A DNA stretch of 63,979 bases, filler included, from Octopus bimaculoides (GCF_001194135.2; 4 parts of 4 records of this genome joined end to end with filler, not necessarily neighbours in it); one strand, 5' to 3'. Counted from the whole stretch's first letter, positions 13,096 through 27,021 are shown. Numbers and translations are program-made. Notes: generated by a model not told the origin, from the letters alone.

Positions 13096-13544
13096 AATAA
13101 ATATAAATCGTAAAAGTAGATAAGTAGATGGTAGAAGACAAATGAATATGAATAAAAGTTATAAATATTCANNNNNNNNNNNNNNNNNNNNNNNNNNNNN
13201 NNNNNNNNNNNNNNNNNNNNNNNNNNNNNNNNNNNNNNNNNNNNNNNNNNNNNNNNNNNNNNNNNNNNNNNNNNNNNNNNNNNNNNNNNNNNNNNNNNNN
13301 NNNNNNNNNNNNNNNNNNNNNNNNNNNNNNNNNNNNNNNNNNNNNNNNNNNNNNNNNNNNNNNNNNNNNNNNNNNNNNNNNNNNNNNNNNNNNNNNNNNN
13401 NNNNNNNNNNNNNNNNNNNNNNNNNNNNNNNNNNNNNNNNNNNNNNNNNNNNNNNNNNNNNNNNNNNNNNNNNNNNNTTTTAATAAGGCGTAATATTTCG
13501 GGTAATTATGCAATTAACGAGGATATTTGTGCATTTATCTGTCG

Positions 13545-13735
13545 TTTGTTGTGGTTGTGTAGATCTCGATTCCGCTTCACTGAATTGAGTAATGGTCAAA
13601 GTATTCCAAACATGACCAACCATTCTTTTTTTTTCTTCAGGAATAGTCTTCACCGGACTACTCTATCCAACAAACACCTTTCTAGGACTAGTAGACTTTG
13701 ATTTGAGGGAGCAATGGTGCTAATTCTAGCAGGCG
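13545..13735 (-). mobile_element. Dispersed repeat family D (3' end ends in (CAA)n), degenerate
   Basis: Reverse complement resembles 59790-60055 (GCTAGAA.TAGCA, TCCCTCAAATC, GGTCATG, CTTTGA.CAT). Confidence 0.5.
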
Positions 13736-13781
13736 CAACAACAACGTAGAGGCACCTCCATAGGCTTGTGTTGTTGCTGTC

Positions 13782-13820
<39 letters not shown>

Positions 13821-13879
13821 AGCTGTGATGGTGGTGTTGGTGGTCTTCGTGGTGGTGGTGGTAGTGTAGGTAGTGGTAG

Positions 13880-13968
13880 CGTTGTTGTTGGTGGTATTTC
13901 GCTCCAGCTCAGGCTTGATTTAGTGCACTAATGATCAAAGACGTTCCAGCCGTGACCATCTTGTCATC
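13880..13968 (-). mobile_element. Family D 3' end next to a (GTT/GGT/GCT)n tract
   Basis: AATGATCAAAGACGTTCCAGCCGTGACCATC matches the family D tail. Confidence 0.55.
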
Positions 13969-14673
13969 TGGCTGTTGCTAAGATACAATGCTAACGTTGA
14001 GAAGTATTGCTGTCGGTAATATGGAATGATGTTGCTAATACTCCAAGCTGTTGCTAAGATACAATGCTGATGCAAAGATAGCAATTGTTAAGACAGGTGC
14101 ATTGTTGTTTCTCAGATGTTTGAATTTATTGGGGTACATTGCTGTTGTTGTGTCACGTTGTTGACATGGCAATTCTATATTACCTTGAAGCAGTTCTCTT
14201 CGTCATGAGACAACTTTTGACGTAAACGTTTCCATATTATATATAAAAACAAAACGAATTCTTGAAGAGGTATATTTGCCAGGCTTCCTTGACATTTGCT
14301 TGTATTTTCTCAGAGTTCTTGACATTTGTCGCCTGTGTGTGCAATCGTTTCGATATTGTGGCGCCACTCATCACTTTTATTTCTAATTCAATTAAGATAT
14401 ATACAGCGAAAGATCGACTGGAAGAAAGAATACATTTCCAATCATCCTTCAATCGTTAGTGATAGAATTGTAAAGAACACTCCTAAGTTCCTGAAACTAT
14501 CTGGCAGGAAACTCACGAGATAATCTCAAATCTGTAAAACAAAGATTTTCAGAAACATCGTTAATTACGCAATAAACCTTCGTCAAAATTATGATGCTAC
14601 CACTTTTGTTATTATTTTTTTCGTTATATAATGTCAACAGATGAGTTCTTTCTTCAATATTTCCAAAATATTT

Positions 14674-14882
14674 AGGCGGCGAGCTGGCCGAATCGTTATC
14701 ACACCGGATAAAATGCTTACCTGCATTTCGTCCGACTTTACGTTCTGAGTTCAAATTCCGATGTAGTCGATTTTGCCTTTCATCCTTCCGGACTCGATAA
14801 AATAAGTACAAGTTGAGTACACGGGTTAATGTGATCGACTTAAACCCTCCCTAAAATTGCTGGCCTTGTGCCAAAATTTCAA
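14674..14882 (+). mobile_element. SINE family A copy with ~16-bp TSD
   Basis: Starts AGGCGGCGAGCTGG; TCAATATTTC(C)AAAATA on both flanks (14654-14670 and 14883-14898). Confidence 0.9.
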
Positions 14883-14925
14883 TCAATATTTCAAAATAAC
14901 ATAACATAACACGTTAATGAAAACT

Positions 14926-15232
14926 GGCTCTCCGTCAGTTGCGACGACGTGCGTTCCAGTTGAAACAATCAACAAAACAGCTTGCTGGTGAAATTAACGT
15001 GCAACTGGCTGAGTACTCCACAGGCACGCGTACCCTTGACATAGCTCTCAGGAAGATTCAGTGAGGCACGTAATGTAACAAGGCTGCCATTTTGAATTAC
15101 AGGTACAACTCATTTTTCCCACCTGAGTGGAGTGGGGGCATGTCAAGTAAAGCGTCAGGAACTCAACGTGCGGTGAGGAACAGAACTCATGCCCATACGA
15201 TCGTGAGCCGAACCACTGACCGCTATGCCACT
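14926..15232 (-). mobile_element. SINE family C copy (tRNA-like head; tail CGTCGTAACCGACGGAG)
   Basis: Reverse complement aligns with 54611-54939; ACACGTTAAT on both flanks. Confidence 0.8.
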
Positions 15233-17101
15233 TGCTTTCACACGTTAATAATAAACCTTCGTCAAAACATAATGCTACCACCGTTTATAATTTATTATAT
15301 GTTACATAATGTTGCTTGAGTTCATATTTTTTTAATATTTCAAAATATTGCAGGCTATGTTGGAAATGTAGTCACAACAGAACACGTTAGTAATAAACAT
15401 TCGTCGAAATCATAATGCTCCTACTAATTACATGTTTTATGCGATACAATATTACTTTCGTTGACGTTGTTGGAATATTAGAAACTTTTAGGTCATCTGA
15501 TAGATGCAGTCAACACAGAACACTGCCAATGTATGAACGCGAACCATTGATCACTGATATTGTTTTTCTCTTCATCTGAACTTTTTTAAGGAGCATTATC
15601 AATCGATTTCAACATGAATCGATTCCTTACAATAACTTTAAAGCAAAAACGAGAAAATATCATCTTAACTTACATAAAAGGAATCAGACAAAAGAAGCGG
15701 GGTGAGGTAAGAGGATAGGGAGGAAGCTTAAGGGTCAAATGATGAGGAACAAATATGGAAGAGAGGTGGTTGGAGGAGAGGATTTGAAAGAGTGGTGAAT
15801 GCATAAGTGGCGGAAGATCAACAGACGGAAACCATGGATATGTAGAGCAGAAGAAACAGAATAAGTGGACAAAAATAAGAGAAACCAACAAAAAATTAGG
15901 TAAATAATTACATAAAAACACTAAAGTAAAATCGAAAAATAATTGTATTTAATATAGAAAACAATAAAAATATGACAGGAAGAAAATATACAGTTTCAAG
16001 TGAATATTTTAATATATAGGAGTAGAGAAATGAAATCGACATCATGTTTATTTATATATACATGTTTGTGAGTGTGCTTGAGTGTGTGTGCGTGTGTGTA
16101 TTCGTATGTGTGTGTATATACATCCGTATATATATATAAACCGTATAAATACATACATATATATATATATATATACATACACACACACATATATATATAT
16201 ATATATAACATATACATACATATATGTATATATATATTTATATATCAAGCTTGAAACAAAAGATATTATATATGTGTGTAGGTATATATGTTTGTATAGG
16301 TATGTATGTGTATGTATAAATGTATATGTCAATGCGTGTAGTAGAGTTTTAATAACATTATATAAATACGTTTCGCTTCTTCCATACAATATATTTTCCC
16401 TCTTTGATGTACGTGTGTATGTGTGAATGTACTTGTATGTGTGTATATGTGTTCAAGTGTGTGTGTGTTTGTAGAAGCACACAGTTATAATGTTGGTTGT
16501 GATGCTGGTGATGCTGATGGTGATTATCGCCTTATTAAAGGGAAAGGCAACAAGCAAAATGAAAGTACCTCTTCCCACCAGATGTCAGCAGCATCAGCAA
16601 CATCACCACCATCATCGCCACCATCATATACATCCCTAAATAACACAAACGCCGACACTACACACATACGCACATACACGCAACCACATACACGTACATA
16701 CAGATATACGCAGCCACACGCCACAGAGAAACAAACATAAAACAAAGCTTTCGGGTTCAAACTCGTGTGTCGGTGTTCAAATCTATGTTATCAATTATGC
16801 TTGCCTGCAAGAAAGATAAGATTAATAAATATTCAGAAACGGAGAAAAAAACAGAAACAAATTCATTTGATGATCTTTCAAAGACATTTCACCAGAAAAC
16901 GGAATATTTTTCAAGATTTTACCTTGGTTTTTTTTCATTCCGCTAAAGTTGTAGTTGTTGTTGTTGCTGTTCATGCTGTGGCAATTGTTGTTTTGGTTGT
17001 TGTTATTTGTTTCTTAGTTTTTCATACATATTTATTTTACTGTAGGGCGGCTGTGGCGTACTTAGCGTTGTTGTCTTTGCCTTTCTGAATATATGTACGC
17101 T

Positions 17102-17135
<34 letters not shown>

Positions 17136-18323
17136 ATGCATGTATGTATGTATATATATGTATATATATATATATATATATNNNNNNNNNNNNNNNNNNN
17201 NNNNNNNNNNNNNNNNNNNNNNNNNNNNNNNNNNNNNNNNNNNNNNNNNNNNNNNNNNNNNNNNNNNNNNNNNNNNNNNNNNNNNNNNNNNNNNNNNNNN
17301 NNNNNNNNNNNNNNNNNNNNNNNNNNNNNNNNNNNNNNNNNNNNNNNNNNNNNNNNNNNNNNNNNNNNNNNNNNNNNNNNNNNNNNNNNNNNNNNNNNNN
17401 NNNNNNNNNNNNNNNNNNNNNNNNNNNNNNNNNNNNNNNNNNNNNNNNNNNNNNNNNNNNNNNNNNNNNNNNNNNNNNNNNNNNNNNNNNNNNNNNNNNN
17501 NNNNNNNNNNNNNNNNNNNNNNNNNNNNNNNNNNNNNNNNNNNNNNNNNNNNNNNNNNNATGAATATTTGTATATATGTGTAAACAAGGGTACATACTAT
17601 ATATGTATATATGTATATACACACACACACACATATATATGTATATATATTTATATGTATATGTGTGTGTATATATAACTTATATATGTTCTGTATATGT
17701 ATATATATTATATATGTTACATATCTTTATACACATATACATACTTGTATATGCATATATGTATTTGTGTGTGTCCTCGCGCGCGCGTGTACGTTGAGGT
17801 TTACACCAATTATTGCACATGTCAGTTTTTCTGCATATTTTAATTTACTCATGTCAGTAAGTTATTATTGTATGGAGGTTCATACAGACGCACGCACAAA
17901 ATTGCACACATGTATACACGCACACATACACTCATATATATACATATATATATATATATAAATATATATATATATACACTGATATACATATATGCATATG
18001 CACGTATATATATATATACATATATATACAAAAGTGTGTATGCATGTTTGCATGCGTGAATGTATCTATTTTTGCTTGTATGTATTTATGTATGTATTTG
18101 TGTATATATGTATGTATGCATTATATAAACTTGCACAGCAGGACATTCCCTTCATCAGCTGTCGATGGGAGATATAAGCGATTTCGGTACGTTTCGACAG
18201 AATCTACGGATGTGTATGTCTTAGTTCAACGCATAGGCATCAGCATGTGTACTAGCATAAGCATACACACTTATACAGGTCTGTACATATATCTCTATGG
18301 ACATATGCATTAATGTCTACAGG

Positions 18324-18367
<44 letters not shown>

Positions 18368-18672
18368 TAGATATAAACATGAATAGATACATATATATAT
18401 ATGCGTGTGTGTGAGAGACATGCTGACACTCAAAAATGAAATATTTCATCTATTCTATCTCTAAGCATAACTCTCTGTTTGTGTACTCCCAAACAACTCG
18501 ATAAAATTTGTTACGCATATACTCACAGCCCTAAATATATGCCCACATTTGTGTATGTATATTCAGACTTACATACACACAAATACTCGCACATACATGC
18601 ACTTTATTTACATACATATATATAAATCTCTCTTTCTCTCACTTGATATGTATATAGTTATATATATCTATC

Positions 18673-18757
<85 letters not shown>

Positions 18758-19491
18758 NNNNNNNNNNNNNNNNNNNNNNNNNNNNNNNNNNNNNNNNNNN
18801 NNNNNNNNNNNNNNNNNNNNNNNNNNNNNNNNNNNNNNNNNNNNNNNNNNNNNNNNNNNNNNNNNNNNNNNNNNNNNNNNNNNNNNNNNNNNNNNNNNNN
18901 NNNNNNNNNNNNNNNNNNNNNNNNNNNNNNNNNNNNNNNNNNNNNNNNNNNNNNNNNNNNNNNNNNNNNNNNNNNNNNNNNNNNNNNNNNNNNNNNNNNN
19001 NNNNNNNNNNNNNNNNNNNNNNNNNNNNNNNNNNNNNNNNNNNNNNNNNNNNNNNNNNNNNNNNNNNNNNNNNNNNNNNNNNNNNNNNNNNNNNNNNNNN
19101 NNNNNNNNNNNNNNNNNNNNNNNNNNNNNNNNNNNNNNNNNNNNNNNNNNNNNNNNNNNNNNNNNNNNNNNNNNNNNNNNNNNNNNNNNNNNNNNNNNNN
19201 NNNNNNNNNNNNNNNNNNNNNNNNNNNNNNNNNNNNNNNNNNNNNNNNNNNNNNNNNNNNNNNNNNNNNNNNNNNNNNNNNNNNNNNNNNNNNNNNNNNN
19301 NNNNNNNNNNNNNNNNNNNNNNNNNNNNNNNNNNNNNNNNNNNNNNNNNNNNNNNNNNNNNNNNNNNNNNNNNNNNNNNNNNNNNNNNNNNNNNNNNNNN
19401 NNNNNNNNNNNNNNNNNNNNNNNNNNNNNNNNNNNNNNNNNNNNNNNNNNNNNNNNNNNNNNNNNNNNNNNNNNNNNNNNNNNNNNNNNNN

Positions 19492-19527
<36 letters not shown>

Positions 19528-20204
19528 GGAGACTGAGAGAGAGAGTCGACACACAGACAGAGATGAAAGGGTTAATGACATTGTATTTTGCAATAGATTT
19601 TATTCCTCTGGTTGTGTTGCAACCAGCGGGAAATAACCTTTCCCATAATTTATTTCAGGATTGCTATGGAGTAGCAGGCATTGAATTCTAACAAATGGAT
19701 GTCTGTCATATCACATGTACTTCCATTTGAGTTGGAAGTATTCGAAGACCATTCTTGCTTTCCTCATCAGTCCTTTCTACCTGTCCCTCATTGTCTCTTT
19801 CTCTCTCTTTCTCCCTCCGTCTCTCCATCTTCTCACCCTTTCATTCCCCCTTTTCTTTCTTCCACTGTCTGCTATTTATTCTTTCTTTCCCCTTTTCCTT
19901 TCTTTCTCCAATTGAAATTTTTTATCCCAAAATATTCAACCTGAAATTAATCAAAACGTCTATTTCATTTAAAAGAAATACATATTGCTTCATCATCAAT
20001 GTTGCTTATCAGATCTGTTAGTCATTATAATTGTGTCATCAACGCGAACTCAAAAACTCTCTCTCTGTATTCCTGGTGTCAAGTGCCATAGAGAAGAATG
20101 CTCTCTGCACAAAATCTAAAGGAATCAAGCCATGGGGACTAGCAGATCCTTCTCAATGATTTAGGACATGTCATGGCGTGAACACACCTGCAAGGAAGTG
20201 ATTT

Positions 20205-20290
20205 ATAAACATAGGTAGATGTGTGGCTGTATGGTCAGAAGTTTGCTTCGCAAACACATGGTTCCGGGTTCACATGAGTCACCAGTGTGC
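20205..20290 (+). mobile_element. SINE family B head fragment
   Basis: GTGGCTGTATGGTCAGAAG.TTGCTT...CACATGGTTCCGGGTTCA matches 36625. Confidence 0.65.
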
Positions 20291-20626
20291 ACGGGGGCGG
20301 AGTGGGCGAAGTTAACGGAATCTTTAGGTATATGTGTGTATATGTGTTTGTGTATGTGTGTGTGTGCATGTGTCTGTGTGTGCGTGGGCATGCGTGGGTG
20401 CGAGTGTGTGTGTGTATGTGTGTGTGTGCATGCGTGTACACGTAGGGAGACAGCGATGAAAATATACAGATGTAGAAGACTCTCAGAGTCAAGTCTTCAT
20501 AGAAACGTGTTTAGGGGACAAAGAATAGAATATTTGACGTACGGTGTTTCGTGCATTTTACTAAAAAACAACGAATCGAATCCTGAATGATATTTTGTAG
20601 ATGTATTTCTGAATAAGATCATATCA

Positions 20627-20758
<132 letters not shown>

Positions 20759-20871
20759 TTATATATGTATATATAAATATATATGCATGTATGAATATAT
20801 ATATATGTCTGTGTGTGTGCGTTTAACTTAAAAAGCCTTTCGGGTCTGTTTATAAAAATATTATTTATGCA

Positions 20872-20905
<34 letters not shown>

Positions 20906-21480
20906 GCATACATATATACATGCATACATACATACATTCATACATACATACAAGAGTATATATGTATATGCATCTGCTTGCATTTATAACTACCTATATA
21001 CATATTATTGGAAAATGTATATATATATATTGATATATGTACATATGTATGTGCGTGTATGTGTGTGTGTGTGTATAAAAATAAGCATATGAATAAGCAT
21101 ATGAATATGTACATTTATCATTTGGCAGACTTTGTAACTAATATATTATGAGTAAATACATATATTTACACACACATATATATATATACACATACAAGAG
21201 TAGAAACTTATCTGCACATAGAAAGTATACATATAATTTAGGAGCGAAATGCTTATAGAGACAGATAGATGAAGTGGGAGGGAGAGCTTGGGGAGAGGTG
21301 TGAGAATAGTGAGAAAGTGGGGGAGGGGGAGTAGACTGAGGTGGGGGAGAGTAAAGAGAGAAGAAGAAAAATGTTGAACGAAACAGCATTGAATGACCTT
21401 GCATTCATTTCGCTCTCCACATTGGAACATGTCTCAACGGCGTTTGTAGTTAGCCTGAAGCACGTATCTAATGGACGTCT

Positions 21481-21535
21481 ATTACATGATATTACATGAT
21501 ATTACATGATATTACATGATATTACATGATATTAC
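21481..21535. repeat. 10-bp minisatellite (ATTACATGAT)x5 plus a partial unit
   Basis: Five perfect units. Confidence 0.95.
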
Positions 21536-22065
21536 TGGATAATATCACTGGCATGGTGAATTATCATTATTCTGATACAGTGAGATAGCCAATCGATAAA
21601 TCTTGTTTAATCAGCAAATATAAAACCATTACTAGTACTACTTAATGTATTAATAAACAAACATAGCGGACAGCAAAAGCTATCGCATCGTTGGGGCCAT
21701 ATGCATGTGTATATATATATATATATATATATANNNNNNNNNNNNNNNNNNNNNNNNNNNNNNNNNNNNNNNNNNNNNNNNNNNNNNNNNNNNNNNNNNN
21801 NNNNNNNNNNNNNNNNNNNNNNNNNNNNNNNNNNNNNNNNNNNNNNNNNNNNNNNNNNNNNNNNNNNNNNNNNNNNNNNNNNNNNNNNNNNNNNNNNNNN
21901 NNNNNNNNNNNNNNNNNNNNNNNNNNNNNNNNNNNNNNNNNNNNNNNNNNNNNNNNNNNTATATACATACATACATATATGTATATATACATATGTACTT
22001 ATATGTATATATACATATATATATATACATATATGTATATATACATACATATATACGTATAAATA

Positions 22066-22097
<32 letters not shown>

Positions 22098-23406
22098 CTT
22101 ATATTGCTCTCGATATATGAAGGATATGTCTGCCTGGCTGAACTCATTTATTTCTCTCATTATTTAAGACATTCCTCGATCTTTATAGCTTTAAGCTTAT
22201 TAACTCATTGCAACTGTATATAACCAACTCCAGTGCTACCATCTCATCTACATAAAGCAGTAGAAAGTCTATGAGACGGTGTTGATTCAATAAAACTTGG
22301 TGAATTTTCTGTCTCTCCTCCTCTCTCCCTTTCCCACCTCTCACTCTCTTAATTTCACCGCAGAATTTACGGCAGGCGGCAACATTTATAACGAGTTTAA
22401 TCCAACTAAGATATTACGCAACAAATTCACTGGTGATTTTTCATACGAAAGTGTCCATTAGATGCTCCCATATCTCTTCCTTTTCTTACCCCTATTATGT
22501 CCTATTTTAAGACCTTGCACTCATCACTTTTCTCAGTTTTCTCCCTCAAAGTGTCAATCTTTTGGAAATTCATCTCGACCATATTTTTCTCGCGGATGCC
22601 AAAGGCAATACATCGCAAATGTTGAGCCTGAATGGAAAACAGAATCGATCACTGCTTTATTTGATCGATATCAGCAATATTTGGTCGTAGGTGAAGATAA
22701 TGTGTCTCATGAATGCTACACCATCCTGAAAGAAAGAAAAAAAGAACTATTACTGTAATAAAAAAAAAAGTTCTCTAAGTCATACTGCAACTAGATGTAC
22801 ATGTAGACTAACTATGCATCTACCAGAAGAAATTATTGATTATACCTTAAGATTGCAAAAAATAGAAGCTAAGGCTTACACTAATACACATAATGAAGAA
22901 GGACAGTCTAAAAGAAAATCTTCCAAACCATAAAATCAGGAGAAATCTCTAAATATACAATAATTATTCCGAACATGACCGAAACACGTGAAGGAAGCAC
23001 TACATGGCTAGCGTTGTTGCAATACTACAATTTCCTCACGTTCTTCCAAATATTTGGCCAAAAGCAAAAGTCTCTATAAATATATAAAATGGATTACACG
23101 TTGCCAGATTGCCGTTTATAGTCCAGTATTGTCTTGATAAGGTCAAATCGTGGAGATTGCAGAATGTCATGGATTTACAACAATATCAATAATTTATACT
23201 AAAGCAAACAACACAAAAATAATACAACTAAATAAGACACAACTGATACAACAGTAACATAACAGAACAGACACTCACAGCTATGTACACACGGGGCTTA
23301 TATGTAAATACGTACATGCATTTATGTATGTATGTATGTATGTATGTAAGTATGTATGTATGTATATATGTATAAATATGTGTGTGTGTGTATATATGTA
23401 TAAATA

Positions 23407-23457
<51 letters not shown>

Positions 23458-24064
23458 CAAGGCATAAATACTGGTCATTGCTTATTTTTGTATTGTAGTG
23501 AACTTAATTTGCAATTGTAAGTGAAATTCCCTACAATAGAGAAATATGTTTTGGCCGATATTTATGGCTTGTCTTGTAGATCATTCTGTGCAAAGACCAG
23601 TGCAACTGGAACACAACCATGAATACAGTGATAGCGAACTCTAACCTCGGCGGGCCCTGCCTCAAGAATACCTGGAGTTCTTTAATAATCTAAAAAGTAT
23701 TGTTAACCTGGTGTACTAACAGGAAGCTTATAATGTATTTTCTTCGGATTAACAATCCCTCACTTGTAACTCTCTTCATATATAAGTATATCTATATAAA
23801 TACATACTCACATCCCCCCACACGCAGGCAGGCAGGCACACACACACACACACATGTGCATATATACGCATAAATATATGTTTATGAAACCCAGTCAACA
23901 CAAAACTTTACATTAAATTTGACTGTATTTTCAGGATTAAGTCACTCCATTTGTAGGTGTTCCAAATGTACACTTGAAATTCCTTGAAAATAGTTACCTC
24001 ACACACACACACAAACACACACACGTACACACACACAAACACACACACGTACACACACACAAAC

Positions 24065-24164
24065 NNNNNNNNNNNNNNNNNNNNNNNNNNNNNNNNNNNN
24101 NNNNNNNNTTAATTAATTAANNNNNNNNNNNNNNNNNNNNNNNNNNNNNNNNNNNNNNNNNNNN
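24065..24164. other. Assembly join cassette: 44 N + TTAATTAATTAA + 44 N
   Basis: Identical 100-bp cassette at 38700-38799 and 62439-62538; six-frame stop linker. Confidence 0.9.
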
Positions 24165-24169
24165 CATCA

Positions 24170-24200
24170 CGTTGGTGCAAAGGTAATGGCCGATTTTTTA
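24170..24200 (+). mobile_element. Mariner (Hsmar1/MADE1-type) TIR remnant
   Basis: GTTGGTGCAAAGGTAATGGCCGATTTT resembles the recalled Hsmar1 TIR GTTGGTGCAAAAGTAATTGCGGTTTT; no partner TIR seen. Confidence 0.4.
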
Positions 24201-24559
24201 GAAAACAGTTTCAGATAGAATTTTTTAAAATTGTGCTTCTTTGTTGGTTACGTTGCGGCTCAAATTTTTGCCCAGTCCATTGGTTCGACCTCTGAACTGT
24301 AAGGCAGGCACATTGATGAATGAATTAAGGGCTAGCTTTCTCACCCATACTCATCTCAACACCTTAACTACGTCGATTCCTTCCAGCTAGCCCTTGAATT
24401 AATTTTCCCCATTCTTCCTTCTCTTTTAATTTCGTCAATTTCTTTTTCACTTCTGACTACTGAAACTTCTGCCTGTGTACATCCATTTTCTATAAAGCGA
24501 CGTATTTCCACCCTTACCTCAACTTCGCAAGCCTTTTCCCAACCACCCTAAATCTCCTA

Positions 24560-25290
24560 CCCCCTATCTAATTGCTACGTTCTCGTCGCCTCTGTAGTCA
24601 TGATAATGTCCTTGAGAAATAGTCACATACGATGTATTTCCAATACGTACGTTGACCTTACCTCTAGACTATTGTCAATAATATCCGGTTCCGCACCCGT
24701 AACATTGATCTCATCTCCGCACTCACGACCCCGCCCTACTCAACCCTTGATCGATTATACTTCCCCATCACCTTTTACCTCCAAATCTCATCTCTTCGAC
24801 TGTTCGTCTTTGCATAGTTTCCACCTACTTTGCTGAGACCCTGCCATCTCTCCTGTATTTATAAGCAACCTGCAAACTCCTTCAAACGAGCTTCCTAATT
24901 TGCGTGACATTTTAGTCTATCCACTTCTAAAACCTTCCCCATGTTCCTGAGCCTGGTGTAACATAGCTTTGCATCCATAACACTGTTACACTCCTTGAAC
25001 CCAACCTACATCCTTTCCCTATTCACTGACCACTTCACCTGCACCATTAGAAATGTTATTTATTTCTTCTTCTTGAATGTTATTTTTATGGTCTTTTAAA
25101 TGTCAGTGACACCGCTTGTAGATTAACGGATCGAATCACCTATCATACACTTGAAATCTTTCGGTTAAACACCACCACATCCATTTGTCACCAATGCAAC
25201 TCATCCGCACACATTGACTCTCAAAGCCCAGTTGGTAACTTTACTTCACACTTACGACTCCCTACTTCTTGCCATCACAAAAAGCAACAC
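24560..25290 (+). mobile_element. Penelope-like element linker and GIY-YIG endonuclease remnant
   Basis: SFKRAS/NLRDILVY...DHFTCTIRNVIY...SDTACRLTDRI..H...CNSSAH fits the recalled PLE pattern FKR..NLRD.LV, FTC.S.NVIY, GETGRRL.DRF.EH, HFNS..H; heavily decayed. Confidence 0.65.
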
Positions 25291-25294
25291 CTCT

Positions 25295-25876
25295 GACATA
25301 GTCGATGTCAGTTCCAGAACAGTTGTCAGGTATCCCGACAAACTTGGTTACTATGACAGAACAGCAAGAAGGAAGCCACTTCTTCGACCAGCCAACATGA
25401 AGCGGAGAAAAGATTGGGCCAGTGAGATGGTGAAGAGGTCACTAGCATTTTGGCACACTGTCATATTCACTGATAAGTCCAGATTTGCTGTATTTCCTGA
25501 CAGTGGTCGTATGTGGGTCTGGAGACACTGTGATTAAGAATTTGATGTGAAAAGATTGCAGCCAGCAACGAAACACGGCAGCTATTCTTCTCCAATGGTG
25601 AAATGATTAAAGAAGACTTTATTTATAGAAGATGTAGTTCCTTGTCACACGGCTAAAATAACCCAAGATTTGTTGGATGAGAATGACATTAAAAAGCTTC
25701 CATGGCCAAGACATTCACCAGATATGAACTCTATTGAACACCTCTGGGACATAATGGACAGAACACTTCATAATATAAAAAAAAAAGAAAACAAGAAAGC
25801 ATCTTCAAAGCCAAATCTTTTGAGAATACTGCATGAAACTTGGCAAGAAATTCTGCAAGGGAATATTCGTCATCTG
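25295..25876 (+). mobile_element. Tc1-family transposase pseudogene fragment (D34E)
   Basis: ARRKPLL...[10 protein letters not shown]...VWR; EDVVPCH...WPRHSPDMNSIEHLW with 34 residues between D and E; stop codon and deletions; truncated by gap. Confidence 0.9.
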
Positions 25877-26855
25877 NNNNNNNNNNNNNNNNNNNNNNNN
25901 NNNNNNNNNNNNNNNNNNNNNNNNNNNNNNNNNNNNNNNNNNNNNNNNNNNNNNNNNNNNNNNNNNNNNNNNNNNNNNNNNNNNNNNNNNNNNNNNNNNN
26001 NNNNNNNNNNNNNNNNNNNNNNNNNNNNNNNNNNNNNNNNNNNNNNNNNNNNNNNNNNNNNNNNNNNNNNNNNNNNNNNNNNNNNNNNNNNNNNNNNNNN
26101 NNNNNNNNNNNNNNNNNNNNNNNNNNNNNNNNNNNNNNNNNNNNNNNNNNNNNNNNNNNNNNNNNNNNNNNNNNNNNNNNNNNNNNNNNNNNNNNNNNNN
26201 NNNNNNNNNNNNNNNNNNNNNNNNNNNNNNNNNNNNNNNNNNNNNNNNNNNNNNNNNNNNNNNNNNNNNNNNNNNNNNNNNNNNNNNNNNNNNNNNNNNN
26301 NNNNNNNNNNNNNNNNNNNNNNNNNNNNNNNNNNNNNNNNNNNNNNNNNNNNNNNNNNNNNNNNNNNNNNNNNNNNNNNNNNNNNNNNNNNNNNNNNNNN
26401 NNNNNNNNNNNNNNNNNNNNNNNNNNNNNNNNNNNNNNNNNNNNNNNNNNNNNNNNNNNNNNNNNNNNNNNNNNNNNNNNNNNNNNNNNNNNNNNNNNNN
26501 NNNNNNNNNNNNNNNNNNNNNNNNNNNNNNNNNNNNNNNNNNNNNNNNNNNNNNNNNNNNNNNNNNNNNNNNNNNNNNNNNNNNNNNNNNNNNNNNNNNN
26601 NNNNNNNNNNNNNNNNNNNNNNNNNNNNNNNNNNNNNNNNNNNNNNNNNNNNNNNNNNNNNNNNNNNNNNNNNNNNNNNNNNNNNNNNNNNNNNNNNNNN
26701 NNNNNNNNNNNNNNNNNNNNNNNNNNNNNNNNNNNNNNNNNNNNNNNNNNNNNNNNNNNNNNNNNNNNNNNNNNNNNNNNNNNNNNNNNNNNNNNNNNNN
26801 NNNNNNNNNNNNNNNNNNNNNNNNNNNNNNNNNNATATATATATATATATATATA

Positions 26856-27007
26856 TACGACGGGCTTCTTTCAGTTTCTGTCTACCAAATCCACTCGCAA
26901 TGTTTTTGTTGGCTTAAGGCTATAATAGAAGACATTTGCCCAAGGTGTCACGCAGTGGAACTGTACCCGGAACCATGTGGTTGGTAAGGAAGCTACTTAC
27001 CACACAG
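26856..27007 (-). mobile_element. SINE family B 5' half
   Basis: Reverse complement of the 36625-36788 copy at high similarity. Confidence 0.9.
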
Positions 27008-27021
27008 TTATATACAATAAT

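Noticed and set aside
13971-14068. 22-bp exact direct repeat GCTGTTGCTAAGATACAATGCT spaced 76 bp (CRISPR-like at first glance)
   Set aside because: Only two copies, in eukaryotic low-complexity context, with no cas genes; a local duplication.
14184-14290. Minus-strand frame ...QEFVLFLYIIWKRLRQKLSHDEENCFK ending at a donor-like AAG/GTAATA
   Set aside because: Weak acceptor, upstream stop and no recognisable homology.
14320-14378. Minus-strand GTGATGAG-TGGCGCCAC...CGAAACGATTG...GTC
   Set aside because: C3 is missing and there is no stem I complementarity; probably chance.
19716-19775. Minus-strand CTGATGAG...CGAA plus an 8-bp hairpin TACTTCCA/TGGAAGTA
   Set aside because: Position 15.1/16.1 is U-A rather than A-U and no stem I can form; not a hammerhead.
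24109-24120. TTAATTAATTAA recurring three times (also 38744 and 62483)
   Set aside because: Always centred in 44 N + 44 N; a six-frame-stop assembly linker, not biology.
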